Below are positions 1-13,139 of a stretch of DNA of 64,000 nt, one piece after another. Origin of the DNA: Rhynchobatus australiae (Eukaryota). The stretch is from positions 15,837,487-15,901,486 of the forward strand of contig JAUZTB010000075.1 of the NCBI GenBank assembly GCA_034780895.1, read 5' to 3'. Numbering within the stretch: position 1 is the stretch's first letter; each line of letters begins with the position of its first letter. The notes under the pieces are model-generated. The model made no database searches, was not told the DNA's origin, and worked only from the letters and a program-made list of their open reading frames with translations. The position numbers and the translations under genes are program-made.

Positions 1-59
1 CAGCGGGGAAGGAGCCCTGAGAAGGAAGCATGAATCTGTGCTGGATTATTGGCAGCAGT

Positions 60-190
60 TTATTATGTTGGCACTGGAAGCATGGTAACACTTACAGGCT
101 GCCCCCAGAACGTGCTGTGCAAAAGATGCATTTCACTGTATGTATTGACGTACCCGTGACTAATAATGATACCTTATCTTATCTTATTTC
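60..190 (+). mobile_element. 3' end of a non-LTR retroelement with a (TCTTA)n tail; further copies near 7835-7980 and 24600-24695
   Basis: Shared ggctgcccccagaac...gatgcatttcactgt...gtgactaataa..atctt sequence; the copies at 60 and 24600 share the full motif, the copy at 7835 only its 3' part. Confidence 0.65.
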
Positions 191-2044
191 TTTGTATCAC
201 AGAGGATGTTGCAGTAACTAACTTTTCCCACGGGTATGTTGACCTGCCACAATGTAGAATGATGGCAGCTGTAGCTTTGGTGGCAATAACTTAGTCAATA
301 AACTAACGTCCAGCATCCTCAGTTGTTGACTGGGAGACATGAGCATGGATCTCACTGTAGTAGTTGAGGAAGGTAAATTCGCGTAACTAAATAGATCTGG
401 AATTACACAAAGCTGGTATCAGCAATATTGACAATGAAACTGTTACAAAACCCACCTGCTGCACTTGCAGAATGTTCCTTAAGGAGAAAATCTGGAGTCT
501 GCCGTGGATTATATGTGACTCTGGATTCTTGATTATCAACTCTCAATTCAGGGGCAATGATGTATAGATAATCAATGCCAGTGCTGACTGCTTCCTGTGA
601 ATAAATATACCTGAATGATTACTGTTGAACTGGCCCCACCTCAAAGCCGAGCGAACTCTATCCAGAAAATCAAAGATGCAAAGTCATCTAATGGAATGCA
701 AAGTGAAAACGAGAATTTGAATCCCTGAGCTTGCGTCAGCTCCTGCGAAAGTATGATGCACATCCAGTGGAGCCAGGTCTGCAGGAAGTCATGACGAGGT
801 TAGTTTACCTTTCATGCAGTTGATGAGCTGCAGGACCTAAAGGCCTGATTATGTTAACCTAGCACCATCAAAATAATAACGTGCTTATATGGTACCTCTA
901 AAATCCTTGCGTGCTTCTCAGGAACCTAATGAGAATGAGGACAGGATACCAAGCTAAAGACACCGATATCTGGGAAGATGATCAAAAGCTTGAGAGCATG
1001 GACAATGGGCTGGAATATCCTCTGCTCCTCTGCAACTTCTGTCATTCTAGGAGGTGGAATGGGGCCAGCCATGGCTGGAAGAAATTAAGTCTTTTTCTGG
1101 CCCATAGGCTCTGCATTTACCACCACCATAACTCATAGCGTTTAGAAAGCAAAGCCAAGGTCACAGTTCCAGTAGACAAAGATTGGAAAGCCACGAAGAA
1201 ATGCAGGCCTTTAGTGCTGACAATATTTTCAGGACTTAAAACTCCCTTGCTGCTTTAAGGTGAGTGCACTACCTCCTCTCCTGATGTCTGTTTTGCCTCC
1301 TTCAGTACCACTTATATCAGACAAAGAATTCAGTAACCTTTTCAATGCGGCACACGGTGCTGATGGATTGAAGGCAAGCTGGAGTGAATACGTGGCAAAA
1401 TAGTGAAGTTCGGAATGATCCACTCCGTTTCCACTGTCTGCAGTTGTTACATGAGAAATCCTTTTTCCAAGCGATCATCTCGTCCGACAGCCCTGAAAGC
1501 AATTGTGACAAAGTGATGCGATGAAGAATTTAGTCTTGCCTGCACATCGTTAAAGCATTCAACACATAAGTAGCTGGGGATTCATCACCCTCCAGTCAAC
1601 CCCCCGACACAGGCCGCACACATATTTTCAAACATCCACGCTGCACAAAAACATGATGAAAAGAACAGGAGAAATCCATGGAAATACAGAGAAGTTATCA
1701 CTGTCCAGTGTTGGATTCACTAGGGAAAATGGAATAAAAAAACAGAAACTGCTGAGAGGCTTTTGCTTGTCCTCAAGAGAATGTGAATGCTTATATACTT
1801 TAATCTCGTTCCAGGGTGTTTATTGCACTGAACACTGTTCTGTGCAGAATGCTTTCATTTCCTTGTATGTGTGGCTGTGTAGCTTATTATGTTGGTTAAA
1901 CATTTTCTTATCTGTGGTAATTCTACTGATTTCTTTGGCAAATGAAATGGGTTTGAATCTTGCAGTCATTGCATATGGACCTACATCACCCTCCAATGGG
2001 CCAAATGATGAGTCCAAGCCCTAACGTTGCCTCCTTGATATCAG

Positions 2045-2330
2045 TGGGTAGTGCCTTTCTGTCATCTGAGTCAAAAGGCTGTGGATACGTCCCACTCCAT
2101 ATTTGAGGATGATCATCTCACTACAACATCAAGGGAGTGGCTGCACTGATGAAATGAGATTTCCGACCAAGATACTGTCTGTTCTCTCATGTAGAAAGAT
2201 TGAGGAAGAGCAAGGGATTTCACCCTGGGGACTTAGCTGATAACAATCCCTCAACCAAAACATAAAACACTGACCATTCATCTTAAACATCTGCAATCTA
2301 CATATAGCCTCTGTGTTCCCTCAACTTCAA
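2045..2330 (+). mobile_element. Deu-domain SINE (SacSINE1/AmnSINE-like), decayed
   Basis: tctgagtcaaaaggctgtgg...agggagtggctgcactg is similar to the copies at 7690-7800 (plus) and 9770-9960 (minus). Confidence 0.5.
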
Positions 2331-2399
2331 ACGTGGTTCACTTGTCATACAGATGGAAATTCTGGGAGCCCTGACAAAGTTTCATTAAATTTCTTTTGT

Positions 2400-4760
2400 C
2401 AGAAAGTGGAGGGATTCAAAGGAAGATAGATGTCAGGACCAGTATAAACAGGCAGGAGTAAATTAATAAGCACAATGGGATGGACAGATTGAAGTGTGTG
2501 TATTTTATTGCTAGGAGCATTATTGGTAAGGGTGAAGAACTTAGAGCATGGATCAGTACATGGAACTATGATGTTGTGGCCATTACAGAGACTTGGTTGA
2601 GGGAGGGACAAGAATGGGTGCTTAATGTTCCAAGGTTTCAATGTTTTAGAAGAGATGGAGAAGGAGGTAAAATGTTGGGGGCGGGGGGGAGGTCATTGCA
2701 TCTCTAATCAGGGATCACATCACTGCTGCACTCAGAGGGGACATAATGGGGGGCACATCCACAGAGTCTATATGGGTAGAACTCAAAAATAAGAAAGGTG
2801 CAATCATGTGATGGGATTATATTACAGACACACCCCGCCCCACCAACAGCCACTGGGACATTGAGAAACAGATATGCAGATTAGGGAAAGGTGTAAAACC
2901 AATAGGGTTGTTGTCGTGGGGACTTCAATTTATTTAATATAAACTGGGACTTCCTTAGTACAACAGGTTTAAATGGGGTAGAATTTGTTAGGTGTATCTA
3001 GGAGAGTTTTTTAAATCAATATATATATAGTTCAACAAAAGGAGGGGCCATACTGGACTTGGTGAGCCTAGTGAGGTGACCGACCTTTCAGTGGGAGAAC
3101 AGTTAGTGAACAGTGATCACAACTCTTTAAGTTTTAAGATAACTATAGATAAGGATAAGTATGGACCTTGTGGGAGAGTATTAAATTGGAGCAGGGCAAA
3201 TTACGAGAGCATTAGGCAGGAACTAGGGAAAGTTAATTGGGAACAGCTGTTTTTAACTTCACAGTACAGAACAAACATGTAGCAGTAAGAAGGAAGGACA
3301 AGGATGACAGGGAAAGTGAAGTGGTGAATTTATCAAGAAGAAAATGGAAGTGTATGTAAAGCTAATGAAGCTAGGATCAAATAGAGCCCCTCAAGATTAT
3401 AAAGAAGATGGAAGTAGGAAAGCCAGGAGGGGCCATGAAAAGTCCTTGGCAAGTAGGATTAAAGAGAATGCCAAGGCAATTTATACATACATCAAGAGCA
3501 AGGGGATAACTAGGGAGAGGGTAGGACCACTCAAGGATGAAGGAGAGAACATGTGCTTGGAAGTGGAAGATGTGGGTGAGGTCCTAAATGATTACTTTGA
3601 GTCAGTATTTACCAAGGAGAAGGACACGAAGGACAGGAAGATTAGTGCGGAGTGTGCCAATATGCTAGGGCACTTCAAGATAAAGAAGGAGGTGGTGTTG
3701 GGTCTCCAAAGAGTATGAGTGAATAAGTCTCCGGGACCTAATGGGATATATCCCAGGTTATTGAGAGAGGCAAAAGATGAGATTGCTGGGGCCTTGCCCT
3801 CTCTAGCCACAGGCGAGTAGCTAATGTTGTCCCATTATTCACGAAGGGAAACAGGGATAATCGTGGAAACTAGAGACCAGTGAGTCTCACTGTAGTGGTA
3901 GGGAACTTACTAGAGAGGATTTTTCGGGATAGGATTTATGAGCATTTGGAAAAATTTATGGCCTAAATAAGGGACAGACAGCATAATTTTGTGCAGGGCA
4001 AGTTGTGTCTTACTAACTTGATTGAGTTTTTTGAGGAAGTGTCAAGGGTGATTGATGAAGGTAGAGCAGTGGATGTTGTCTACATGGATTTTAGTAAGAT
4101 GCTTGACAAGGTCCCTCATGGGAGGCTCATCCACAGGATTAGGATGCATGGAATCCATTGCGAGTTTGATGTTTGCATTCAGAATTGGCTTGTCCATAGA
4201 AGACAGAGGGGAGTGGTTGATGGGACTTATTCTGGCTGGAGGTCTGTGACTAGTGGTTTTCCGCAGGGATCCATACTGGGATCTCTGCTGTTTGTGATGT
4301 ATACGTGTAAATGACCTGGATGAAAATGTGGGTGGGTGGGTTAGCAAGTTTGCAGATGATACGAAGATTGGTGGTGTTGTGGATAGTGTAGAAGACTGCA
4401 AAGGATACAATAGGATATAGATCAGTTGCAGATATGGGCAGAGAAATGACAGATGGAGATTAACATGGCTAAATGTAAAGTGTTCACCTTGGGAGATCAA
4501 ATGTAAAGAGATGGTACACTGTTAACAGCAAGACCCTTAACAGTGTTGATGAGCAGAGGGATCTTGGGGTCCAAATTCATAGCTCCCTGAAGATGGCTAC
4601 GCAGGTTGATAGAGTGGTAAAGAAAACATATGGCATGCTTGCCTTTCTTAGTTGAAGTTTAGTTGGACATTTGATTACTAACTTAATTAGATCAGCACAA
4701 CATTGTGGGCAGAAGGGCCTGTTCCATGCTGTACTGTTCTGTGTTCTATGTTTTATCTGT
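2400..4760 (+). mobile_element. CR1-clade LINE, decayed ORF2 (endonuclease plus RT) with 3' tail
   Basis: LKCVYFIARSI..YDVVAITETWL (APE endonuclease), CLTNLIEFFEEV, VDVVYMDFSK, VTSGFPQGSILG and KFADDTKIG. Frameshifts and stops throughout; (gttctat)-type tail near 4735-4755. Confidence 0.95.
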
Positions 4761-5984
4761 TTTACTTTGAAATCCATTTGTAAGGTTTTAGAAAACAGCA
4801 TCAGCACATCTCCCTCAGCCAATATCACCTTTGGAGTCAACTCTAACAATGTCTCCACAAAGCACAGAAGTAACGACTGAACTACAGTGAAGTCTTCCAG
4901 TGAAAGTATGAATACTTCTCCAGAATAATGCAGGATAATTACATAATACTGGTTATGTGCATGCATCAACTCCAGCCACATACAGCACAGTTGTGCTCAT
5001 TCTGTCCAGGACATCTGGCAGCCATTATACAGAAATCCAGAGAAGCTTAAACAAGTTGGGGAGGTCTCCAAGAATCAATTAAGCTTCTGCCTTGAGGACA
5101 AGTCCATAAAATGAACACCCATCAAACCTGCCAGCCACCGTTAAAGGTGACTCAACAGGCGGTACTTTAATAGNNNNNNNNNNNNNNNNNNNNNNNNNNN
5201 NNNNNNNNNNNNNNNNNNNNNNNNNNNNNNNNNNNNNNNNNNNNNNNNNNNNNNNNNNNNNNNNNNNNNNNNNTTTAATAGACAACCTCTGAAGAATTTC
5301 TTTCACCATGAATGGCTCATCTCTACCTCTGTTAAACTGACTTTTTCAGCAGTTCTCCACTGGAGGAAGAGGTTTTCTCTATCAAGTTCATCAATCATCT
5401 TCAACGGCTCGGTTAGATCCCTTGTTAATCTTTTATAGTTTGAGAGTACAAAACTGGTCTAACCATTATATTTTTGCTGTACAGCTCCCAGTAATAACCC
5501 TCTGTCGCATTCCCTTCCAGTTTAATACAACTTTCCTTAGGTGTGGTGCCTGGATTTGATCACAATGGGGTTAACCAGAGCCTTACATAAATGAAACCTG
5601 ACCTCCAGTGCTTTGCATTCATCTCTGTGAGATAATGACTAATACTCCAAAGGTCTTACTTGATATCAGACTGCGGTCAACATTTTCTAAACTGTACAGC
5701 ATTTATGTGTGCATGGGCATGCTTGTAACCCTCCACCTAACTCTCGTCCTTTAAGGTCATTCTTCAAGCTAACCATTTTAACGTCTTTGATTATTCTTCA
5801 ACAACTCTCCCAAAGCTTAACAGAATCCAGGATAAAGCAGTCCACTTAACTGATAGCCCACCATCTACCTTAGAAACTGCACTCTCATTATCAGAGTACC
5901 ATGGCCATGATGCGCACAGCTGTGACATGTAAAAACTTATTTTTAGACACATCCCAACCGCCACCATCACCTATAAGGATACAG

Positions 5985-6262
5985 GTAACACGTGCACCAT
6001 TGACCCAGTTCAATCCTGACCTCCAGTGCACGTTCTCCATGTGATCGTGTGGTTTCCCTTGGGTGCTCTGGTTTCCTCTCACATCCTAAACATGTGCCAG
6101 TTGTTAGACTATTTGATAATGTAGGGAGGTGGTGAGAGAATCTGAAAGAATACATTGCACAGCAATAAGGAAGGGGGGAATGGGATTGATGGGATATCTT
6201 TGAGACCTGGCATAGACGATGGGCCAAATGGCCTCTTGAAAAGATGTTAGGAAATATGAGAA
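5985..6262 (+). mobile_element. V-domain SINE (HE1-like)
   Basis: B-box-like gttcaatcc followed by gcacgttctcc..gtggtttccc..gggtgctctggtttcctc.cacatcc (V-SINE core) and a CR1-like tail. Confidence 0.75.
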
Positions 6263-6639
6263 CATGAGGGAATCTTGGAACTCCATACTCACCAGTACCT
6301 GTACCATGTATACAGAAGACATTTAAGAAATTTTATTACCAGCTTCCCAAGAGTGACCAGGAATGGGCAAAAAATGTCAGTCTTACTGTCGACACACATA
6401 AAACTGCTCAAGAAAGTAAAAGAAAACCGGACACCTGGAAAACGAAATATTCTGGTGTTTCATCTTCTTTCACCTTGTAGTAAGAATCACTCATTACCTG
6501 CCATCAACCCATTCCAGTGAGGCCAATCATCTTATTCTTTCACAGTACAGTTTAACAGTGCAGTGACCATGCCAACTAATGGCTGTATTCCAGAGATAAG
6601 TTACAACACAAATGTCTTTTGCTTTAACTGCCAACAGCC

Positions 6640-7040
6640 AAGAAGGAAAGACTTGCATTTCTATGGTGCCTTTCACATCCTTATCATGATGTCTTCAAGC
6701 ACTTTGCAATCAATTAAGTATTGATGTTACTATTGTAAACCAGAAAATATTGCAACCATATTGTACACAATGAACTCCCCAAAGAACAATTACTTAATCT
6801 TTTTCCAAAGAAACAGTGGACAAGATAATTCACATCTTCTTTTTCAAGGAAGTATCACAGTATTGTTTGCTTCAACCAGAAGAAACAGATGGAGTCTTGG
6901 TTTAATATTTTATGCACAAGACGGCACTTCTCAAATTCCACTTCAGAATTTTTGCATTCAATTCTCTGGAGTGGAACTCAAACCCGGGACCTCTGACTCA
7001 AATCACTTCAGAGTGCTTCCTGCTAAACCACAGCTGACAT
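6640..7040 (-). mobile_element. Deu-domain SINE, decayed
   Basis: The reverse complement contains tgagtcagaggtcccgggtttgagttccactccaga and gtgccgtctt. Confidence 0.55.
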
Positions 7041-7689
7041 TTGACCAAGCAAACAGAAATGGTTAGCTTTACAGCAATTGATGGGTTAAAGTTTGCTTAA
7101 ATTATNNNNNNNNNNNNNNNNNNNNNNNNNNNNNNNNNNNNNNNNNNNNNNNNNNNNNNNNNNNNNNNNNNNNNNNNNNNNNNNNNNNNNNNNNNNNNNN
7201 NNNNNNNNNNNNNNNNNNNNNNNNNNNNNNNNNNNNNNNNNNNNNNNNNNNNNNNNNNNNNNNNNNNNNNNNNNNNNNNNNNNNNNNNNNNNNNNNNNNN
7301 NNNNNNNNNNNNNNNNNNNNNNNNNNNNNNNNNNNNNNNNNNNNNNNNNNNNNNNNNNNNNNNNNNNNNNNNNNTATTGAATAGTTTCAGAAACAGTGCT
7401 GAACATTTCCAAATACAATAATTTTTAAATGAGAATGCAGAATCAAATATCATTTAGTTGAGACATTTTTGAAAAGATCGTTAATTGGCACCAACAGTGT
7501 CCTGTTTCAGATTGATATAGGCACTTTTGTTTATGTTTAGCTTCTGGATGAATTTTTCCAGCAGTTTGCTTTCTGCTCCAGATTCCAACATCTCTTGTGT
7601 CCACATTTGTTTGTATGTGTTTGTGCATGAGCAGGTGCTTGGGCTCACATATTTCATTGCTTATGTTTCAGGGCATGTTTAGACTCCAG

Positions 7690-7800
7690 AGGTGAACAAG
7701 AATCCAGGCTGATACTCTGGTTCAGTACTGAGGGAGTGCTGCACTGTCAGAGGATCTGTCTTTGAGATGTGATCTACGATTGACGTCCTCTGTGCAGCAC
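7690..7800 (+). mobile_element. Deu-domain SINE core
   Basis: cagtactgagggagtgctgcactgtcagagg matches the conserved Deu-SINE core. Confidence 0.7.
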
Positions 7801-9559
7801 TTCTGGAAGATCTAGAAAGTTTTCCTTACTATCCTGTATTTCACTGTGTGTTTCGATGTTCTTGTGACTAATAANNNNNNNNNNNNNNNNNNNNNNNNNN
7901 NNNNNNNNNNNNNNNNNNNNNNNNNNNNNNNNNNNNNNNNNNNNNNNNNNNNNNNNNNNNNNNNNNNNNNNNNNTATCTTAACCTTAATGATATTTAATG
8001 TTTAAATCAATATCGCTAAGCAACAGGTCATTATTGCATTATCATGTGGAGCAGCATGCTTCAATGATGCCGTGATGTGTGAAAGGTGCTACATAAATGC
8101 AAATCTATGTTTCTGTATGTTTGACTGCTTGTGCTTGGCCAGGCAAGTCTGATGTTCATTTTCAGAAGCATAATTCTGAGTTTTCTATCTGGGTTCATAT
8201 TTGACTTGCATGTTTAAACTTATATTTGGACCCTTGCATTAGAAGATACCTCTCTGAGATTTCCAGAAATGTTATCATTGAAACGCACAAGAAGAGACTT
8301 GACTGGGAGAGAAATTCAGTGCTGAATCAGAGACAAGGAAGAGAGGTAGCACTTTGGTGTTACAGGAAAAGAGTTCCTATACTAATAACACACATCACAG
8401 GTGTAGTGTCATGGGCTGTCACTCTCAGAGTTAAATCCATGTCTCTGAAGTGAGCCATCATTTCTATCCTCTGCATGTAATTCCAGCACTTGTCTGGTTC
8501 TGTGATGATATTCTGCATCAAATACCCTGTGTGAGCTTCACAAACAAGGTTGCCCATGCATTTTCTTAAATGCAACTGTGATGTCGAATGTCAGACAACA
8601 GCACTGTATAAATCCATGCTTTCATTTTGTTGGCAGTTTTGCCTAATCGCCTCTCTTTTCTCAAGTTGCCTTTTGAAACCTACCTCATTGCACAGGCTTT
8701 TGTTCATTGTCTCAAATTGTGGTATAACACTGGACCTTTTCCTTCATTTTCTTTGTGCAGCACTGATTGCCACAAATGGGAATGACCAATTTCTACTACT
8801 TAGTACTGTTATTATGTGCTACTGATATAAATTGATGCATTTACAAAATAGGCCCACACCACCACTCAAAGACCCACATATTGCACAACATCTGCCATTG
8901 TAAAACATTTCAACAGATGAAGTAACTCAACTTTAAGAAATGGTTGCAGTACTGTGAAACCCTACTTCTGTAAAGGAGGTAGTTAAACAACTGCATCTCT
9001 AACTGGCTAAAAGAAAAACAAGGAAGTATTTCCTTTGTTGTGCTTTATCTAAACAAATCTTTCTGTTTTGCTTACAGTTTGGGTAACAACCAAAGACCTG
9101 GCACATATTAGGTGACACTTCATTAAAGACAGTGGAAGATGTAAAACTGTTTCTAAAAATGCACAACAGCCTGAAGACCAGTGAAGCACTTCACTATACT
9201 GCGACTAGTGCTCTTGGATCACTTATATTTATTTGCGGGTGCACATGGGCTTTAGATTTGCATCCTAGCAGCAAAGTGACACTTCTGACAGTGCAATCCT
9301 AACCTCAGTGCTGTCGAATCAGCCTGAGTTATCTGCTGAAGTCTGAAGTCCGGCTTAAACCTGATTCCGAGGTGTACGTGCTAAGCATCGAGCCATGGCC
9401 AACACTTGAAACTGTGAAATGAGGAAAATACTGCAAATTGTTAAAGAAGGATAATGCGAGTGTAAACATTTTAAAAATAATTCAACCATGTATTTCATTT
9501 GTAAAGAGTTCAGTAATTTCTATAGGAACTGTGTGAATGGCATCGAGAATTTGCATTTC

Positions 9560-9960
9560 TGTAGAGCCTCAAGATATCCCAATGTGCTTTACATCAAATT
9601 AAGCATCTACTTGCTTTGTAATTACTGTGGTAACTTGGGAAATATGATGATAAGCCTATACACAGGAAGCTGCCAGAAACAGGAACACAATGCTAGTGAG
9701 ATAATTGGTGTTAGTGATTCGCATAACATCTGGGTTAACTCCCTGGTTGTTCTTCAAAAGAGGGCAGTGAAATCTTACAACCACCTCTGAGAGAGTAGAC
9801 AGGATCTCAGTTTAAAGTTTTGCCTGAAAGGCGATACCTCTGACAGTGCCGCACTTACACAGTACTGCTTGAGAGTATCAGTCTCGAATTTTATACTTAA
9901 TTCTCTGGATTGACACTCAAACCTGGAAGTTGGTGACTCAGACGGCCACCTGAGCCTTGG
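9560..9960 (-). mobile_element. Deu-domain SINE (another fragment at about 9180-9410)
   Basis: The reverse complement contains gcagtactgtgtaagtgcggcactgtcagaggtatcgcctttcagg. Confidence 0.65.
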
Positions 9961-10829
9961 TTGAAAGCAACACAGCGCAGCTGAGCTCATTAGGATTTCA
10001 TACTGCGTTTCATGAAATGGAAAAATTGCCCACAGACATTGTAGTAACAGTTAATTATTTTATAGTGGCTCCATGTATTCCAAAAAGAGCATTAATCTTA
10101 GCTTGGCCTCTGATGATTAAAATCATACAAAGCTCTTTACAAAAACCACTTGGGATTATTTGCTGCAACTCCAGTGCCAGATTCTCACATGTGGTAACAC
10201 TCCAGAAAATGATTATGTAAACTAAAACACAGAGTCAGTCAACTAACAGGCAGGAAAACATGTGGTGGACAAATACTATTTTGGAACTCTGAAGAGAAAT
10301 GGTAAGGTTATTGTTTTCTTTATAGCATTTGACAGGGGCAGGGTGATACTAAGTTTAATTACTTGATGTGGAGGCACTGTTGAGAAGTTTGGGCAGGCTA
10401 CAAAGAAAATTTGGGTCGAAAATCATTAGGGAAGTCATTGTAAAGGGGAAATCAGTCTTTGTGCTGTAAGAGTGGATTGCTAACAACTATTGCTCACCCA
10501 AGGAATGAGTCAGATTATTGTTGCTAAATTACTTTTTAATTGGTAGTCATGGAGTTAGTGGGCTTGAACCCTCTAATGATGGCTAATGTGCAGCATTCTG
10601 GCCTTTAGATTTTCCTATCTTGATTGACTCACTCTGTGTGGGAAAACCATTATATATGGAAGGTTCTGCTCTGTGATAATGACAATCTTTTTGCCTATTT
10701 GACATAAAAGATCCTGACCTTTGATAACATAAATGTTTGAACTGCTCCTCTGACTGTGGCTTAACACCAGCCACAGTCAGAGGAGCAGTTCAAATATTTA
10801 TGTAGGCATGGGAGAGGCTGGCATTTTGT

Positions 10830-11620
10830 CTGGAATTTAGAAGGTTAAGTGATGATTTGTTTGAACTGTTAGAGATACAAAGGAGGGCTGATAGCGTAGA
10901 TGGAGGGANNNNNNNNNNNNNNNNNNNGGTATCTAGGGGCAGAACCTAAAAAAAAGGTTCAAGAGTGAAACTAGTAAACACTTTTACACCAGAAGTTGGT
11001 AGAAATTGGGAACTTTTGAAAGTGATGTCTAGTCGGTTGTTTAAATCTAAATCTGGCCATTTTTTGTTGGTCAGAGGTATTAAGGCATATGGAATAGAGC
11101 TGGGTGTATAGAATTAGGTCACAGTTCAACCATAATCTCACAGAATGGCAGGACAGGTTCAAATAACTGAGCCACCTCTTACTCTTATGGCCTGATGTAC
11201 TTCACATTGAAGTGTCATAGAGTCATGGGGTCATACAGCATCTAAACGGGCCCTTCAGTCCAACTGGTCCATGCCGACCAAAATGTCCATCTAAACTAGT
11301 CCCATTTGCCCAGGTTTGGCCCATATCCCTCTAAGCCTTTCCGATCCATGTACCTGTCCAAGTGCCTTTTAAATATTGTTAATGTACCACCTCAACCACT
11401 TCCTTTGGCAGCTCATTCCTTATACTGGCCACCCTCTGGGTGAAAACATTGCCCCTCAGGTTACTATTAAATTTTGCCCCTCTCATCTTAACCTAAGCCC
11501 TCTAGTTCTTGATTCCCCACCCCTCGGAAAAAACACTGTGTGCATTCACCCTGTCTGTGCCCCTCATGATTTTATATACCTCTGCAAGATTACTTCTCAT
11601 TCTCCTATACTCCAATGAAC
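10830..11620. mobile_element. Two tail-to-tail CR1 3' fragments (plus about 10830-11200; minus about 11215-11620)
   Basis: LEFRRL..DL-type ORF2 C-terminus and CR1 3'UTR/tail (catagagtcat on the plus strand). Confidence 0.75.
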
Positions 11621-11764
11621 AAACTACTCAGTTATGAAGTTGTCTCCAGTCAACTAGGAAAAAACCATCTCCACAACAAAAAATTAAGGATTTTCAGAAT
11701 GTTAAAAGGTCAAAAGGTTTAAATTAGATGGGCAGGTGGATAAACCAATCTTGTATTAGCTGGA

Positions 11765-13135
11765 ATAAAATCAGAAAATACTGGAGAGACTCAGCAGGTC
11801 AGGAAGCATCTGTGGGGAAAACAGTGTCAGCTCGATAACATTTGATCAAAATGGGGGAAAGGTAAAAATTAAATAAGTTTTAAGTTCCAGAGAAAGGGAG
11901 AGGGGTAAAGAGAATAAACGGAGAGTCTGGAAGAATTTGACACAGTACTGGTGGTGCTAGTTGAAAGGGGATGGTCGAGGTATTTCTGGAAGAGTTGTAA
12001 AAAGGAGATAAATTAAATCTGAAACACCGGAAGAGATCAACACAGACTAAATGCCGGAAATGTGATTTGCAAGACTAGGATGGCAGATTCTGAAAATGAT
12101 GAATTCAATATTCAGATCTAGCGGCTGCTCTGTGCCAGGTTAGAGGGTGAGATGCTGTTCTTTAAGCTTACATTGAAGTTCTTTGAGACAACGCCGAGTT
12201 TAAATGGAGCAGGATCAGAATATTCTCATTTCCAACACCTCCAATGTGATGCCACCACAAACACCACCTTCCCTCCCCTCCCCTTTCAGCATTCTGAGGG
12301 GACCATTCCCTTCCCTGATGCTCTGCTTCACTCTTCCATCACCACTGATACCCACTCCCCTCCCTGGGGCATTTTCCTATGCACTGAGGAGCATACAATA
12401 TCTGCCTCTTGATGTCCTACATACCCATGGTCAAATGACCACAACAGTGATTTACCAGTACTTCTTCCAAATTAGTCGCTAGCATTAGGGTCATGTCTAC
12501 ACTGGGAAACCAAACACAGATTGGATGACAACTTTGTGAACACTACATTCCATCTGTAGGGATGGCCTTGAGCTTCCAGTTGCTTGTCACTTTAATTCTC
12601 CACCCCACTCCCACTCTGACCTCTGTATCTTTAGCCTCCTGCACTATTCCAACAAAGCTCAATGTGATGAAACAAGACCGCAGATGCTGGAATCAGGAGC
12701 AACATAGAAGACGCTGGAGGAACTCAATGGGACAGACAACATCTATGGAGGCAAATGGATAGTTGATATTGAGTCCAAGGAACAGCAGCTCACTTACAAT
12801 GTGGCACAGTGCAGCCTTTGGGGCTCAACAATGAATTTGACAATTTCAGGTGATTGGCTGTTCCCATCAGGGATCTTTTAACACCAGCATTCCCTCTCCA
12901 CTTCTAGTGTTTCAGGTTTCATTTGTCTCCTCCTATTTACATCTCCTCTGGGCACTCCTTCCCCACCTTCTCTCAGCCAACACCATCACCACATATCACA
13001 CAATCTCTCCTGATCACCACCCGGTCACAGACCTTCTCTCCAACCCCTACACTCTCCCCACCTCTCTCTCTGCATCTTAAAACTTGCTTCTACTGTAACT
13101 TTTCCCAGCTCCAATGAAAGTTCATCGACTTAAAA
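11765..13135. mobile_element. Penelope-like element remnant with inverted arms
   Basis: Decayed GIY-YIG coding near 12495-12650 (Y.GETK.RL.D.F.EH..CHFNS) and a terminal repeat ctcagcaggtcagg..gcatct. 12095-12175 is the reverse complement of 12778-12850. Confidence 0.75.
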
Positions 13136-13139
13136 TTTG

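Noticed and set aside
4770-5170. Ser/Thr-rich exon-like stretch after the CR1 tail
   Set aside because: Stops in the plausible frames and no recognisable homology.
5985-6030. tRNA-like B box (also near 27040)
   Set aside because: SINE head, with no cloverleaf.
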